A stretch of 5,768 bases of DNA from a virus. Taxonomy: Duplodnaviria > Heunggongvirae > Uroviricota > Caudoviricetes. The stretch lies in IMG/VR virus record IMGVR_UViG_3300029484_000045; one strand, written 5' to 3'. Position numbers and translations under genes: made by a program. Under the pieces are notes generated by a model that worked only from the letters and a program-made list of their open reading frames with translations, made no database searches and was not told where the DNA came from. Positions 5,504-5,768 of this stretch are shown here, in pieces. Each line of letters begins with the position of its first letter. Position 1 is the first letter of the stretch.

Positions 5504-5768
5504 ATGAATACTCTTACCAAAGAATGGTTACAGAACACGATTACCGGAATTGAGTCGATAATAGACGATAAATCGTTTGTATGTAGTGAAATAGCATTCG
5601 AAATAGGTCAGGTTAACAACATACTTACCGCATTTAAAATTGCACTGGCATCGCTGGCAGCAGTATCGGATGAACGGGCAGCCTATGAATTATTTATGGA
5701 GAAGCGTTTCGGGGAATCTGTAGATCGCCGCAGGGCAAAAAATGGTGATAGAGAATACATGGCATGGG
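5504..5768 (+). CDS. Hypothetical protein, 3' end beyond window
   Basis: ATG at 5504, 2 nt after the upstream stop. Open through the window end (88 codons: MNTLTKEWLQNTITGIESIIDDKSF...). Absent from the ORF track for lack of a stop. Confidence 0.6.
   Translation, partial: MNTLTKEWLQNTITGIESIIDDKSFVCSEIAFEIGQVNNILTAFKIALASLAAVSDERAAYELFMEKRFGESVDRRRAKNGDREYMAW

Noticed and set aside
1-5768. Scan for tRNA, rRNA, CRISPR repeats, IS elements, integrase or an att site
   Set aside because: No T-loop GGTTCGA motifs, no regularly spaced short repeats, and no transposase- or integrase-like ORF in the window. The only repeats are the operators and the 54-bp duplication.

Overview
This window is a lambdoid prophage immunity and early-left segment from an E. 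coli-like enterobacterial genome. Layout: a partial cro-like gene (minus) and a CI/C2-type autocleavable repressor (plus) diverge across a three-site operator region; an intrinsic terminator follows the repressor; two more operator copies overlap a strong rightward PL-like promoter. Downstream of PL lies a ~670-bp segment bracketed by a perfect 54-bp direct repeat, carrying two convergent small ORFs and both N-runs, then a GC-rich untranslated stretch with GGYACC hexamer repeats and a terminator-like hairpin. The rest is a tightly packed rightward operon: YfdP-, YfdQ-, YfdR- (HD-domain) and YfdS-like genes, then translationally coupled small genes including an Ead/Ea22-like protein. No tRNA, rRNA, CRISPR array, IS element or integrase was seen. 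The most likely place for something undescribed is the repeat-bracketed insert and structured leader between PL and yfdP. All homology statements are from memory and motif reading, not from a database search.
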